Below are positions 22,175 through 31,706 of a stretch of 64,000 bases of DNA, piece after piece (positions within the stretch are counted from its first letter, which is position 1; every line of letters begins with the position of its first letter). The notes beneath the pieces were generated by a model, which was not told the DNA's origin, ran no database searches, and saw only the letters and a list, made by a program, of their open reading frames with translations. The position numbers were made by a program, and so were the translations under genes. Origin of the DNA: Chloroflexota bacterium (GTDB lineage Bacteria; Chloroflexota; Dehalococcoidia; Lucifugimonadales; UBA3495); NCBI GenBank assembly GCA_027623675.1, contig JAQBVF010000017.1:1-64000 (forward strand), in the 5' to 3' direction.

Positions 22175-23068
22175 ATGGCGTCTTCCCCGCAACTCGACCG
22201 CGTCATTGGCATCATGAGGGGCATCCGGTCCCGGCCGCCCGCCGACATACAAGAAGCGCGGGCCGTGCTGGACGAAGCTTTCGGCTCCTTCCCAGCTTCG
22301 CCTGATGTGACCATGTTCGACATCGACTGCGGCGGGGTCCCCTGCCAATGGATCACCGCTCCGGACGTGCCCCAAGACCGGCTAATCGTCTACTTCCACG
22401 GCGGGGCCTACGCCACCTGCTCATCGGCCACCCACCAAGACCTAATCTCGCGTCTGTCCCGCGCCTCAGGCGCCGCCGCCTTGGGCGTCGACTACCGGCT
22501 GGCGCCGGAGCATGTCTTCCCAGCGGCGGTGGAAGACTCGATAGCCGCCTACAACTGGGCGCTGGGTCACGGTTTCGAGCCGGGTAACATCGTTCTCGCC
22601 GGAGACTCCGCGGGAGCCGGCCTGGTTATCTCTGTCCTGCTGGCGTGCCGGGACGCAGGAACTCCCCTGCCCGCCGCCGGGGTCTGCCTATCGCCCTGGA
22701 CCGACCTGGAGTGTGCCGGAAGGTCGATGGATGATAACGACCACCTGGACGATTTCATCAAGCGCGGCGGGCTTCTGGCCAGGGCCAAGGCGTATCTTGG
22801 TGACGCCGACGCAAGGCATCCATGGGCCTCCGCCCTGTACGCCGACCTGCATGGCCTGCCTCCGCTGTTGGTGCAGGTCGGCTCCGCTGAAACCCTGCTG
22901 GACGATTCAACCCGGCTGACGGACCTGGCGCAACAGGCCGGAGTGGATGTGACGCTGAAGATATGGGATGACATGGTCCACGTGTGGCAGGTCTTCGCCT
23001 CCATCCTCCCCGAGGGTCAGCGGTCCATCGATGAAGTGGCAATGTTCGTGCGGCGCCGGTTGGGTTAG
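22175..23068 (+). CDS. HSL-family esterase/lipase
   Basis: YFHGGAY, DYRLAPEHVFPAA, GDSAG, HVWQ. Confidence 0.9.
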   Translation: MASSPQLDRVIGIMRGIRSRPPADIQEARAVLDEAFGSFPASPDVTMFDIDCGGVPCQWITAPDVPQDRLIVYFHGGAYATCSSATHQDLISRLSRASGAAALGVDYRLAPEHVFPAAVEDSIAAYNWALGHGFEPGNIVLAGDSAGAGLVISVLLACRDAGTPLPAAGVCLSPWTDLECAGRSMDDNDHLDDFIKRGGLLARAKAYLGDADARHPWASALYADLHGLPPLLVQVGSAETLLDDSTRLTDLAQQAGVDVTLKIWDDMVHVWQVFASILPEGQRSIDEVAMFVRRRLG

Positions 23069-23087
23069 GCGACGGCTCTTGGGTCCG

Positions 23088-23116
23088 TTGACACCAATCA
23101 GGCCTCTACTTAGACT
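23088..23116 (+). promoter_or_regulatory. Putative sigma70 promoter for the acyl-CoA mutase gene
   Basis: TTGACA-N17-TAGACT. Confidence 0.5.
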
Positions 23117-23168
23117 GGGTTCCAGGCACTATAAATCGATCCAGCCGGCGGCCACCCGGAGGTGACTC

Positions 23169-24833
23169 TTGGATTCCCCCAAAGACTTCGAAAAACTACG
23201 GGAGTGCAGCGCCCTTTGGCGTGATAGGCAGGACCCCAGCGCCCAGCGGAAGACCGAGTTCAAGACGCCGTCTCAGGTGATTGTGGACCAGGTTTACACC
23301 CCCGAAAACACCGCCGAGGAGAGGTACCTGGAGGACCAGGGCCTGCCCGGCGAATACCCCTATCTGCGCGGGGTGCACGCTTCCGGCTACCGGGGGCGGC
23401 TCTGGACCATGCGCATGTTCGCCGGATTCGGCCGGCCGGAGGAGACCAACGCGCGCTTCAAGTTCCTTTTGGACCAGGGGCAAACGGGTTTGAGCGTAGC
23501 TTTCGACATGCCCACGCTCTACGGCTACGACACCGACGACCCCCGCGCGGCCGGCGAGTTTGGCACCTGCGGCGTGGCGGTGTCGTCCCTGGCCGACATG
23601 GAGACTCTCTTTCAGGGCATCAAGCTGGACCAGATCACCACATCCATGACCATCAACAGTCCGGCGGCCATCATCTGGGCCATGTACATCGCCTTGGCCG
23701 AGAAGCAGGGCGCGCCGCTGGACCGGCTGGGCGGCACCATCCAGAACGACATTCTCAAGGAGTACATCGCCCAGAACGAATACATCTTCCCGCCGGAGCC
23801 GTCGGTCCGGCTGGTGGTCGACACCGTTGAATTCGCCACGCGCCAGGTGCCCCGCTGGAACCCCATCAGCATCAGCGGCTATCACATCCGCGAGGCCGGC
23901 TCCAACGCCATTCAGGAATTGGCCTTTACCCTGGCCGATGGGTTTGAATACGTCCGCCGCACACTGGAAAGGGGCCTCAAGGTGGACGAGTTCGCGCCCC
24001 GGCTCAGCTTCTTCTTCAACTCGCACAATAACTTCTTCGAGGAAGTGGGCAAGTTCCGGGCCGCCCGCCGCATCTGGGCCAGGGAGATGCAGGATACCTT
24101 CGGGGCCAAGGACCCACGCTCCATGCAACTGCGGTTCCACGCCCAGACATCGGGGCAGACATTGACCGCCCAGCAGCCCGAGAACAACGTGGTCCGCGTG
24201 TCCTATCAGGCCTTGGCCGCGGTGATGGGCGGATGCCAGTCACTGCACACCAACGGCAAGGACGAAGCCTGGGCGCTTCCATCGGAAGAGGCGGCCCTCC
24301 AAGCCCTTCGCACCCAGCAGATCATCGCCCACGAGACCGGCGTTACCGACACGGTGGACCCGCTGGGCGGCAGCTACTTCGTTGAGGCGATGACCAACGA
24401 GTTGGAAGCTGCCTGCTACGAGTATTTCAGACGCATCGACGACGTGGGCGGCGTGCTGCCGGCGCTTGAGACCGGGTTCTTGCAGCGGGAGATCGCCGAC
24501 GCTTCCTATGTGTACCAGATGGAAGACGACCGCAGGGAGCGCATCACGGTTGGCGTCAACGAGTACAACACCGGCGCGGGCACCGAGATACCCCTGCTGC
24601 GGGTCGACCGCGAAGGCGAGAAGAAGCAGATCGACAGCCTAAATGAGGTCCGCCGCACCCGGGACAACCGAGAGGTCGCCCGAAGGCTGAAGGACCTTGA
24701 AGTCGCCGCGCGAGGCTCAGAGAACACCATGCCCTACCTGGTGGAAGCCTCCAAGGCCTACGCCACCCTGGGCGAGATGATGGACGTGTTCCGCGAAGTG
24801 TTTGGCGAGTACCATCCCTCATGGGGATACTGA
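23169..24833 (+). CDS. B12-dependent acyl-CoA mutase large subunit (isobutyryl-CoA mutase-like)
   Basis: [40 protein letters not shown]; no B12-binding domain; GGAGGT before TTG. Confidence 0.9.
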   Translation: MDSPKDFEKLRECSALWRDRQDPSAQRKTEFKTPSQVIVDQVYTPENTAEERYLEDQGLPGEYPYLRGVHASGYRGRLWTMRMFAGFGRPEETNARFKFLLDQGQTGLSVAFDMPTLYGYDTDDPRAAGEFGTCGVAVSSLADMETLFQGIKLDQITTSMTINSPAAIIWAMYIALAEKQGAPLDRLGGTIQNDILKEYIAQNEYIFPPEPSVRLVVDTVEFATRQVPRWNPISISGYHIREAGSNAIQELAFTLADGFEYVRRTLERGLKVDEFAPRLSFFFNSHNNFFEEVGKFRAARRIWAREMQDTFGAKDPRSMQLRFHAQTSGQTLTAQQPENNVVRVSYQALAAVMGGCQSLHTNGKDEAWALPSEEAALQALRTQQIIAHETGVTDTVDPLGGSYFVEAMTNELEAACYEYFRRIDDVGGVLPALETGFLQREIADASYVYQMEDDRRERITVGVNEYNTGAGTEIPLLRVDREGEKKQIDSLNEVRRTRDNREVARRLKDLEVAARGSENTMPYLVEASKAYATLGEMMDVFREVFGEYHPSWGY

Positions 24834-24852
24834 GCCAACTCCAGTGAAGATG

Positions 24853-24886
24853 AAAAAATGCCCCGGATCACGCCGGGGCATTTTTT
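24853..24886. terminator. Bidirectional intrinsic terminator
   Basis: AAAAAATGCCCCGG-ATCACG-CCGGGGCATTTTTT between convergent genes. Confidence 0.85.
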
Positions 24887-24908
24887 ACGGCTAGACCAGG
24901 ACTGGCCC

Positions 24909-26957
24909 CTAGACCAATTCCTGTTCCCTGGCCCGTTTGGCGTCTTCGATCACTTTGGACTCTAGATTGGGCGGGACCTGATCGTAGTGATCAAACACCA
25001 GTGAGTAGGTGCCCCGGCCGTGGCTCACCGAGCGCAGGTCTTGGGCGTAGCGCTGCACCTCGGCCAACGGCACTTCCGCCTCGATGAGCGTTACGCCGTC
25101 GCCGGGGTTCATGCCCAGGATGCGGCCGCGCTTCACGTTGAGGTCGCTGATGACCTCACCGGTGTAGGCGTCGGGCACGGTCACGGATAGTTTGACCACC
25201 GGCTCCAATAGCACCGGGGCGGCGTCGCCAACACCCTGCCTCAGCGCTTGGCTGCTGGCGATCTCGAAGGACATGCCTGACGAGTCGACGTCGTGATAGC
25301 TGCCGTCGTACAGGACCGCTTTAAGGTCGACCAACGGGAACCCCGCCAGCGCCCCTTCATCCAGGCCTTTGACGACCCCCTTCTCCACCGAGGGTATGTA
25401 TTCCTTGGGGACCCGCCCGCCGGTCACCTCAGTGGTGAACTCGAATCCCCGGTCCCGCTCCTGGGGCTCCAGACGGATCAAGACGTGTCCGAACTGACCG
25501 TGGCCACCCGACTGTTTCTTGTGACGGTATTCGCTATTCGTTACCTTGGTGATGGTTTCCCGGTACGGCACCCGGGGCATTCTCACCCGCAGGTCGGCGC
25601 CGAACTTGCGCTTGATCTTCTCCAGGGCCACTTCGATCTGGGCGTCGCCCAGGCCGGTGATCAACGACTCACTGGTGTTGGCGTCGCGGCTGAATTGCAG
25701 GGTCGGGTCTTCTTCCACGATCCGGCTGAGGGCCATGGACATCTTGTCCAAGTCTTCTTTGGACGCCGGGGTGACGGCCATCCGGAAGTAGCCGACCGGT
25801 TGGTTGATGCTGGGGAAGGTCACCGGGTTGTCCTTGGTGCACAACGTGTCGCCGGTCAGCGTGGAACTCAGCTTACCGATGGCCCCGATGTCACCGGCGG
25901 TGATCTCAGTGACGTTTTCTTGGTGCTTGCCCTTGGGCAGATAGAGTTGGCCGATGCGCTCGGATTGTTCCCGGTTGCTATTCCAGACTTCGGAGTTGCT
26001 CTTGATGCTCCCCTGGTAGACCCGGAACACCGACAGCTTGCCAACGAACGGGTCGGCGGTGGTTTTGAACACGAAAGCCGCCAATGGGCCGACCGGGTCG
26101 GTCCGGTATTCGGTCCGTTCGGTTCCCTTGAGGAGGACCGCGGGATTGCCGTCAACCGGGGAGGGCAGGAAGGAGCGGGTGGTCTCAAGGAACTCATCGA
26201 TCCCTATGCCTACGGGAGTGGATGAAGTGGCTAATATGGGCACCAACTGCCCGGCCAAAACTGCCGTCCGCACTCCTGAGATCACCTCTTCGGCAGACAG
26301 TTCCTCGCCGCTCAGGTAGCGGTCGGCCAGATCGTCATCGCTTTCGGCAGCCGCTTCGATCAAGCGGTCACGGGCGGCTGCTACTTCGTCGGCGATCTCG
26401 GCGGGGATATCAGTGGGCGGATCGATGATGCTGACCACGCCCCTAAAGTCGTGGGCGTCTCCCAGGGGTACTTGGAAGGGGATGCACTGGCGCCCGAAAG
26501 TCGCCTGAATGTCGGACACGTTCCGCGAGAAATTGGCATTCTCCCGGTCCATCTTGTTGACCACGAACATTCGGGGGATCTGGGCCGACTCGCACATCTT
26601 CCAGGAGCGTTCGGTCCCCACGTCCACGCCGGTGGGGGCGGATACCACGATGACTGCTCCCTCGACCACCCGGAGGGCGCTAACCACCTCACCCAGGAAG
26701 TCGTCGTATCCCGGAGTGTCCAGGAAATTTATCTTGGAATCGTCCGCCTTGATGGAGAGCAGGGTGGTCTGAATGCTGCCGCCGCGTTTAATCTCTTCCG
26801 GTTCGTAGTCGGATACGGTATTGCCGTCGGTGATACTGCCCAGGCGAGTGATTGCTTTGGTGGCGAAGAGGGCGGCTTCGCCCAAAGAGGTCTTTCCGGA
26901 GCCGGAGTGTCCGAGGAGGGCCACGTTTCTCAGGTCTTTAGCATCCATAATTGGCAT
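24909..26957 (-). CDS. fusA2: Elongation factor G paralog (EF-G2 type)
   Basis: GHSGSGKT, NKMD, KKQSGGHGQFG, DGSYHDVDSS; divergent RGGSI and DTPGY; outside the str operon. Confidence 0.88.
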   Translation of the reverse strand: MPIMDAKDLRNVALLGHSGSGKTSLGEAALFATKAITRLGSITDGNTVSDYEPEEIKRGGSIQTTLLSIKADDSKINFLDTPGYDDFLGEVVSALRVVEGAVIVVSAPTGVDVGTERSWKMCESAQIPRMFVVNKMDRENANFSRNVSDIQATFGRQCIPFQVPLGDAHDFRGVVSIIDPPTDIPAEIADEVAAARDRLIEAAAESDDDLADRYLSGEELSAEEVISGVRTAVLAGQLVPILATSSTPVGIGIDEFLETTRSFLPSPVDGNPAVLLKGTERTEYRTDPVGPLAAFVFKTTADPFVGKLSVFRVYQGSIKSNSEVWNSNREQSERIGQLYLPKGKHQENVTEITAGDIGAIGKLSSTLTGDTLCTKDNPVTFPSINQPVGYFRMAVTPASKEDLDKMSMALSRIVEEDPTLQFSRDANTSESLITGLGDAQIEVALEKIKRKFGADLRVRMPRVPYRETITKVTNSEYRHKKQSGGHGQFGHVLIRLEPQERDRGFEFTTEVTGGRVPKEYIPSVEKGVVKGLDEGALAGFPLVDLKAVLYDGSYHDVDSSGMSFEIASSQALRQGVGDAAPVLLEPVVKLSVTVPDAYTGEVISDLNVKRGRILGMNPGDGVTLIEAEVPLAEVQRYAQDLRSVSHGRGTYSLVFDHYDQVPPNLESKVIEDAKRAREQELV

Positions 26958-27177
26958 CGCTCCCTTTAACGTTGATTGAAAGGATTGGCCAACTGGCCTC
27001 TACAGGCCAGTAGAGATCGCACAGAGACTTGCCATACGTGTTTTGTTAATCGTCTGCGGCCTTGCACCTCACGGCTGAGATGGAGCGCCGCATTTTGTGC
27101 CCCTATTCTATGGCTTTTGTGAGACCGGCGCAATTGGTAATCTGTGCCTGAATTATGGAGGCGTCCAGACCGGCGGA

Positions 27178-27205
27178 TTGACACCCCGTTAGCCACGGAT
27201 ATAAT
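27178..27205 (+). promoter_or_regulatory. Consensus sigma70 promoter upstream of the RidA gene
   Basis: TTGACA-N16-TATAAT, perfect hexamers. Confidence 0.6.
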
Positions 27206-27316
27206 GGGCAATTACTCATCTGCGGTTCCGTCAGCGGGTCGGGGCGACATCGGTCCGAACGAGAGTCCCTTAATGGCAAACCCGCATTTTGAAACTTCTG
27301 AATAAAGCAGGTTTAG

Positions 27317-27703
27317 ATGCCCAAAAAAGAGATCGTATCCACGGACAAGGTAACCGCTGGCGCGGCGCCTCTGTCCCAGGCCACTAAGCTAGGTAACCTG
27401 GTGTTTGTGGCCGGAAACACCGGCCGCCACCCCACCAATGGCTCGGTCGGCAGTGGCATCAAAGAGCAGACCAGGTATGCGCTGGAACGTATCTCTCTGA
27501 TCCTGGAGGCCGCGGGTTCGTCCATCGACAACGTGTTGACCAACACCTGCTACGTTTCCAACCGGGACGACCTGCCGGGCTTCAACGAGGTCTATGCCGA
27601 GTTCTTCACCCAGGACCGTCCGGCCCGGACCACCGTGGTGGTCAATTTCGGCGACGCCAACAACCTGGTTGAGGTCACCAGCACCGCCTACATCTCCGAT
27701 TAA
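27317..27703 (+). CDS. RidA/YjgF/YER057c family protein
   Basis: PLSQA, LVFVAG, FNEVYAEFF..RPART, LVEV. Confidence 0.9.
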   Translation: MPKKEIVSTDKVTAGAAPLSQATKLGNLVFVAGNTGRHPTNGSVGSGIKEQTRYALERISLILEAAGSSIDNVLTNTCYVSNRDDLPGFNEVYAEFFTQDRPARTTVVVNFGDANNLVEVTSTAYISD

Positions 27704-27787
27704 GGCGCCGCTCCAAGCTACCGGCGAGGCCGGATTTCCAGACAGAAGGGCTTTCCTGCGCGATCCGGAGTTGGCGGGAGTTAACAA

Positions 27788-28018
27788 GTGAGCGCACGAG
27801 CATATATCTTGATCGAAACCCAAGTCGGCAAATCGCGGGATGTCCTGGCGGCGCTCCGGTCCATGCCCCGTGTGCCGTCCGCAGACATCATCACCGGCGA
27901 GTTCGATATCATCGCCCTGGTGGAAGCGGAGGACATGGTCTCCATGGCCGACGCCGTCACCGGGCAGGTCCAGTCAGTCGCCGGCGTGATTCGCACCATC
28001 ACCTGCGTCGCCGCCTGA
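27788..28018 (+). CDS. Lrp/AsnC ligand-binding-domain-only protein
   Basis: AYILIET.VGK...TGEFDIIALVE...GVIRTITC. Confidence 0.85.
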   Translation: MSARAYILIETQVGKSRDVLAALRSMPRVPSADIITGEFDIIALVEAEDMVSMADAVTGQVQSVAGVIRTITCVAA

Positions 28019-28055
28019 TCCTAAATCAGGCCCGCTGGACGCCCGCTCTGACCAA

Positions 28056-28367
28056 CTAGCCCACTTTCTTGTAGATTGTGTGCGTCCGGTTGGTGGCGTG
28101 GGGCCGTATCTGTGTTGGCCAGTCGCCCTTCTCCGATTCAGCCAGCCAGCCGTCGGACGTGGGGATATCTGGTGAGTCGATGTCGTAGAGGGCGGCGTAC
28201 CGGGCCATCCCTTGGTTGTTGGTCGATTCCACCCGGTAACGCACACAGCCGTTGACGCCCGGCGCTTTTACGATGTTGGGGACGTGTTGGGTGTCATACA
28301 CCCGGTTGAATTCGTCTTCCATCTCCGCGGGGATGTCCATCATCACCAGGTAAGCGTAGTCTCCCAT
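28056..28367 (-). CDS. DUF4286/EthD-like dimeric alpha-beta barrel protein
   Basis: EDEFNRVYDTQHVP..APGV...RY.ALYDIDS; AGGAGG before ATG 28367. Confidence 0.75.
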   Translation of the reverse strand: MGDYAYLVMMDIPAEMEDEFNRVYDTQHVPNIVKAPGVNGCVRYRVESTNNQGMARYAALYDIDSPDIPTSDGWLAESEKGDWPTQIRPHATNRTHTIYKKVG

Positions 28368-28397
28368 GGGGTTCCCTCCTAGTAGTGCCTGCATATC

Positions 28398-28501
28398 TTG
28401 ACCGGGGCCAAGCGGCCCTATAGAATCAGAGACTCAGCGACCGGTCGTGTCCCGCTCCTTCAGCGGTTCCTTCGCCTTGGCGGACCGGCCGCTCTTTTTT
28501 T
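28398..28501 (+). ncRNA. Candidate small RNA with its own promoter and terminator
   Basis: TTGACC-N17-TAGAAT (28398-28426), then a ~70 nt structured sequence ending in T7, on the strand opposite both neighbouring genes. Confidence 0.45.
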
Positions 28502-28537
28502 GCCCAGATATTGCCCGCCGTGCTCAGCCCGCCGTGC

Positions 28538-29086
28538 TCAGTAAGTGAGAGCCGAAGTGGTGCCCTCGGGCAGGTCGACATCCAACGCCTGCAGACCGTG
28601 GGCCAGGCTGTGGTAGTAGCCGCTGACGACCAGAATGTCCACGATGCCGGCGTCGCCCACGATGGCCCTAAGCGCCTCGAACGTGGTGTCGGAAACCCGG
28701 TGCTGGCGCAGTATCTCAAGCACGAACCCGACCACCGCGGCGTCCTTGGCGTCCAGTCCTGCCGGCGCCCGGTACTCCCGTATGGCGGCGATGACTTCGT
28801 CGGACAGCCCGGCGGCCTTGGCGGCGGGCTGGTTTACGGTCCACACGTAATGCCCGCAGGCCTCCCGCGCGGCGGTTAGCACGGCCAGCGCTTTGACTCG
28901 CGGGTCAAGCGGCGTCTCGTACCGGGCATAGCCACCCAACCCCGCCATGGCGCCTGCCGCCTGGGGGTTGTTGAGCAAGGCAGCGTAGTTCCGGGCGACG
29001 CCGCCCCGGCTGTTCTCGATCTCGTCCCATACCGCCTGCCCGGCGGCGTCCATGTTCTCTCTGGTGGCGTAAGGCACTCTGGTCAT
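28538..29086 (-). CDS. Carboxymuconolactone decarboxylase (AhpD-like) family protein
   Basis: LDPRVKALAVLTAARE.CGHYVW...AKAAGLSDE; family-typical length. Confidence 0.8.
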   Translation of the reverse strand: MTRVPYATRENMDAAGQAVWDEIENSRGGVARNYAALLNNPQAAGAMAGLGGYARYETPLDPRVKALAVLTAAREACGHYVWTVNQPAAKAAGLSDEVIAAIREYRAPAGLDAKDAAVVGFVLEILRQHRVSDTTFEALRAIVGDAGIVDILVVSGYYHSLAHGLQALDVDLPEGTTSALTY

Positions 29087-29199
29087 GGTGGCCCTCCTGA
29101 TTGGTTTGAATCGGCTTGCCTGGATCGCCGATCGGGTCCATTCGCAAAAAATCAGGCCAGGCCCGTTGGGGAGCCTGACCTGCTTTCAGTTTGTCCTGA

Positions 29200-31488
29200 T
29201 CAGTCGGCCGCTTGAAGGCCGGCTGGTTCTCCGTCTTTGGCCCACATGGCTTCTAGCAGAGCGCCGGGAGACATGGGCAGGTGTGTCATGCGGAGGCCGG
29301 TGGCCCTGGCGATCCCGTTGGCGATGGCAGCCATCGGGGGAACGATGGGCACTTCACCCACGCCCCTGACGCCGTAGGGATGGCCGGGATTGGCCACTTC
29401 CACGATGATGGTATTGATCATCGGCAGGTCCAGACTGGTGGGCATCCGGTAGTCGAGAAACGAGGAGTTCTCCATCCGGCCGTCTTTGCTGTAGAAGTAT
29501 TCTTCGTTCAGCGCCCAGCCGATGCCCTGCACCACGCCGCCCTGCATCTGGCCCTCCACGTAACTGGGATGGATGGCTTTGCCGGCGTCCTGGACTATGG
29601 TGTAGTCCAAGATGGTGACCTTGCCGGTTTCGGGGTCAACTTCAAGGTCGACCACGTGGGTGCCGAACGCGCCGCCCGCGCCCTTGGGGTCTACGGTGGT
29701 CTGGCTGGAGAGGCCGCCGCCGGTCCCGGCCAACCGGCCGGCCAGTTCTTTGAACGTGAAGCTCAGGTCAGGGTCCGACTTGTGCCGGAAGACCCCGTCA
29801 GTCATCTCCACGTCGTCGGCGGAGATATCCCAGATCGAAGCGGCCCGCTCGACCATCTGCTGTTTGATGCGCCCGGCGGTCTCGTAGGCCGCCCAGCCGG
29901 TGGCGAATGTTGTGCGGCTGCCGCCGGTCATGGCCGTGTAGCCAACAGAGTCGGTGTCGGCCACGCTGGGGTGGACATCCTCGTAGGGTATGCCCAGCAC
30001 CTCGGCCGCCTGCATGGCGATGGAGGCGCGGGTGCCGCCGATGTCAGTGGAGCCTTCCACCAGGCTGATCGTTCCGTCGGGATTGACGGCTATGGAGCAG
30101 CTCGACTGGAACCCGATGTTGAACCAGAAGCCGGTGGCGACACCCCGGCCCCGGTACGGTCCCTTGAGTTCCGACTTGTATTGGGCGGAGTCCTTGGCGG
30201 CCTCTAGGCATTCCACGTTGCCGATGACCGGGTAGATGGGTCCGTCAACGCGGCGGGTGCCCTCTTTTGCGGCGTTCATCAGCCTGAATTCCAAGGGGTC
30301 GATGTTCAACTTCTGGGCCAGTTCATCCACCACCTGCTCGCCCGCGTAGGCGACGTTGGGGGCGGCAGGCGCCCGGTACGGTGCGACCTTGGGTTTGTTC
30401 ACCAGAACGTCGTACCCATCGGTCAGCATGTTTTCGATGTCGTAGGGGGCGAAGATGCACTGGGCGCCGGCCCCGACCAATGAGCCGGGGAAACCCCCAG
30501 CCTCAAACGCCAGATAAGCCTGGGCGGCGATGATGTTCCCATCGCGGGTCGCGCCCATCTTGACCTTCATGTGGGTGCCCGACGTCGGGCCGGTGCTCTC
30601 AAACGTCTCGGCCCTGGTCATGGTCATCTTGACCGTGCGGCCGGTCTTCTTGGAGAGGATGGCGGCCAGCGGCTCCAGGTAGACGGGAATCTTGCCGCCA
30701 AACCCGCCGCCGATCTCCAATGGCACCACTTTAATCTTGGACACCGGCAGATCCAAGATGAGGGCAAGGGAGTCGCGGGCGGTGAATGCGCCCTGGGTGC
30801 TGCACCAGATGGTAACCTGGCCGTCGTGGTTCCACATCGCGGAAGCCGAATGGGGCTCGATGTAACCCTGGTGCACGGTCTCGTTGCTGAACTCCCGCTC
30901 GACGATCACATCGGCCTTGGCGAAGGCCGCGTCCACGTCGCCCTGGGAGTACTGGATGTGGGTGGCCACGTTGCTCTTCTTGTCGGTGCGCTCGCCCAGT
31001 TCGGTGGTGGTCAGGTCCTCGTGGAGCAGCGGCGCGCCTTCGGCCATGGCCTGATGGACGTTCATCACGGCTGGCAATACTTCGTACTCGACCTTGATCT
31101 CGGCCAACGCCGCTTCGGCCACATGTTGGTTGACCGCCGCCACGGCCGCGACGGGGTGCCCTTTGTACAGCGCCTTGGCCCGGGCCATCAGGTTGTCGCT
31201 GGACATCTTGACCCCACGGCCGGCGTCGGCCTTGTTTGCGCCGGGCATGTCCTGGCCGGTGATGACCGCCTCAACGCCTTTCATGGCCAGGGCTTTGCTG
31301 GCGTCGATGGACTTGATCACCGCGTGGGCGTGGGGGCTGCGCAGTACCTTGCCGTACAGCATCCCGGCGGCCTGAAAATCCCCGCCGTATTTAGCTCTTC
31401 CGGTCACCTTATCGGTGCCGTCCGGGCGGACCGGGCGGGTGCCGACAACTTTGTATTCGGTGTTGGACAGAATTATATTATCCGCCAT
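29200..31488 (-). CDS. Xanthine dehydrogenase-family molybdopterin-binding subunit
   Basis: KVTGRAKY, LRSPHAHA, GGGFGGK, EGQMQGGVVQGIG, GVRGVGE. Confidence 0.93.
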   Translation of the reverse strand: MADNIILSNTEYKVVGTRPVRPDGTDKVTGRAKYGGDFQAAGMLYGKVLRSPHAHAVIKSIDASKALAMKGVEAVITGQDMPGANKADAGRGVKMSSDNLMARAKALYKGHPVAAVAAVNQHVAEAALAEIKVEYEVLPAVMNVHQAMAEGAPLLHEDLTTTELGERTDKKSNVATHIQYSQGDVDAAFAKADVIVEREFSNETVHQGYIEPHSASAMWNHDGQVTIWCSTQGAFTARDSLALILDLPVSKIKVVPLEIGGGFGGKIPVYLEPLAAILSKKTGRTVKMTMTRAETFESTGPTSGTHMKVKMGATRDGNIIAAQAYLAFEAGGFPGSLVGAGAQCIFAPYDIENMLTDGYDVLVNKPKVAPYRAPAAPNVAYAGEQVVDELAQKLNIDPLEFRLMNAAKEGTRRVDGPIYPVIGNVECLEAAKDSAQYKSELKGPYRGRGVATGFWFNIGFQSSCSIAVNPDGTISLVEGSTDIGGTRASIAMQAAEVLGIPYEDVHPSVADTDSVGYTAMTGGSRTTFATGWAAYETAGRIKQQMVERAASIWDISADDVEMTDGVFRHKSDPDLSFTFKELAGRLAGTGGGLSSQTTVDPKGAGGAFGTHVVDLEVDPETGKVTILDYTIVQDAGKAIHPSYVEGQMQGGVVQGIGWALNEEYFYSKDGRMENSSFLDYRMPTSLDLPMINTIIVEVANPGHPYGVRGVGEVPIVPPMAAIANGIARATGLRMTHLPMSPGALLEAMWAKDGEPAGLQAAD

Positions 31489-31706
31489 AAAGTCTACCTC
31501 ACGCGTAATCTGAGTCTGCCTGGACGCTTGATCTGGAGCCTGGATAAGATTGGCAAAATTGTATCATAGCAGCCCGATTCCCCGGGTCCTCGGATATATG
31601 AGAGAATTGCCGTCGAATAGACCTAGCCCGGCAACAAGTTCGGGGTTATTTTCCGGGTTATTTTTTAGTTATTCACGCGACCACTTGCGACGTCACTGAG
31701 GTTACT

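Noticed and set aside
29200..31488. Aerobic CO dehydrogenase CoxL
   Set aside because: Lacks the AYxCSFR motif, and coxM/coxS are absent.
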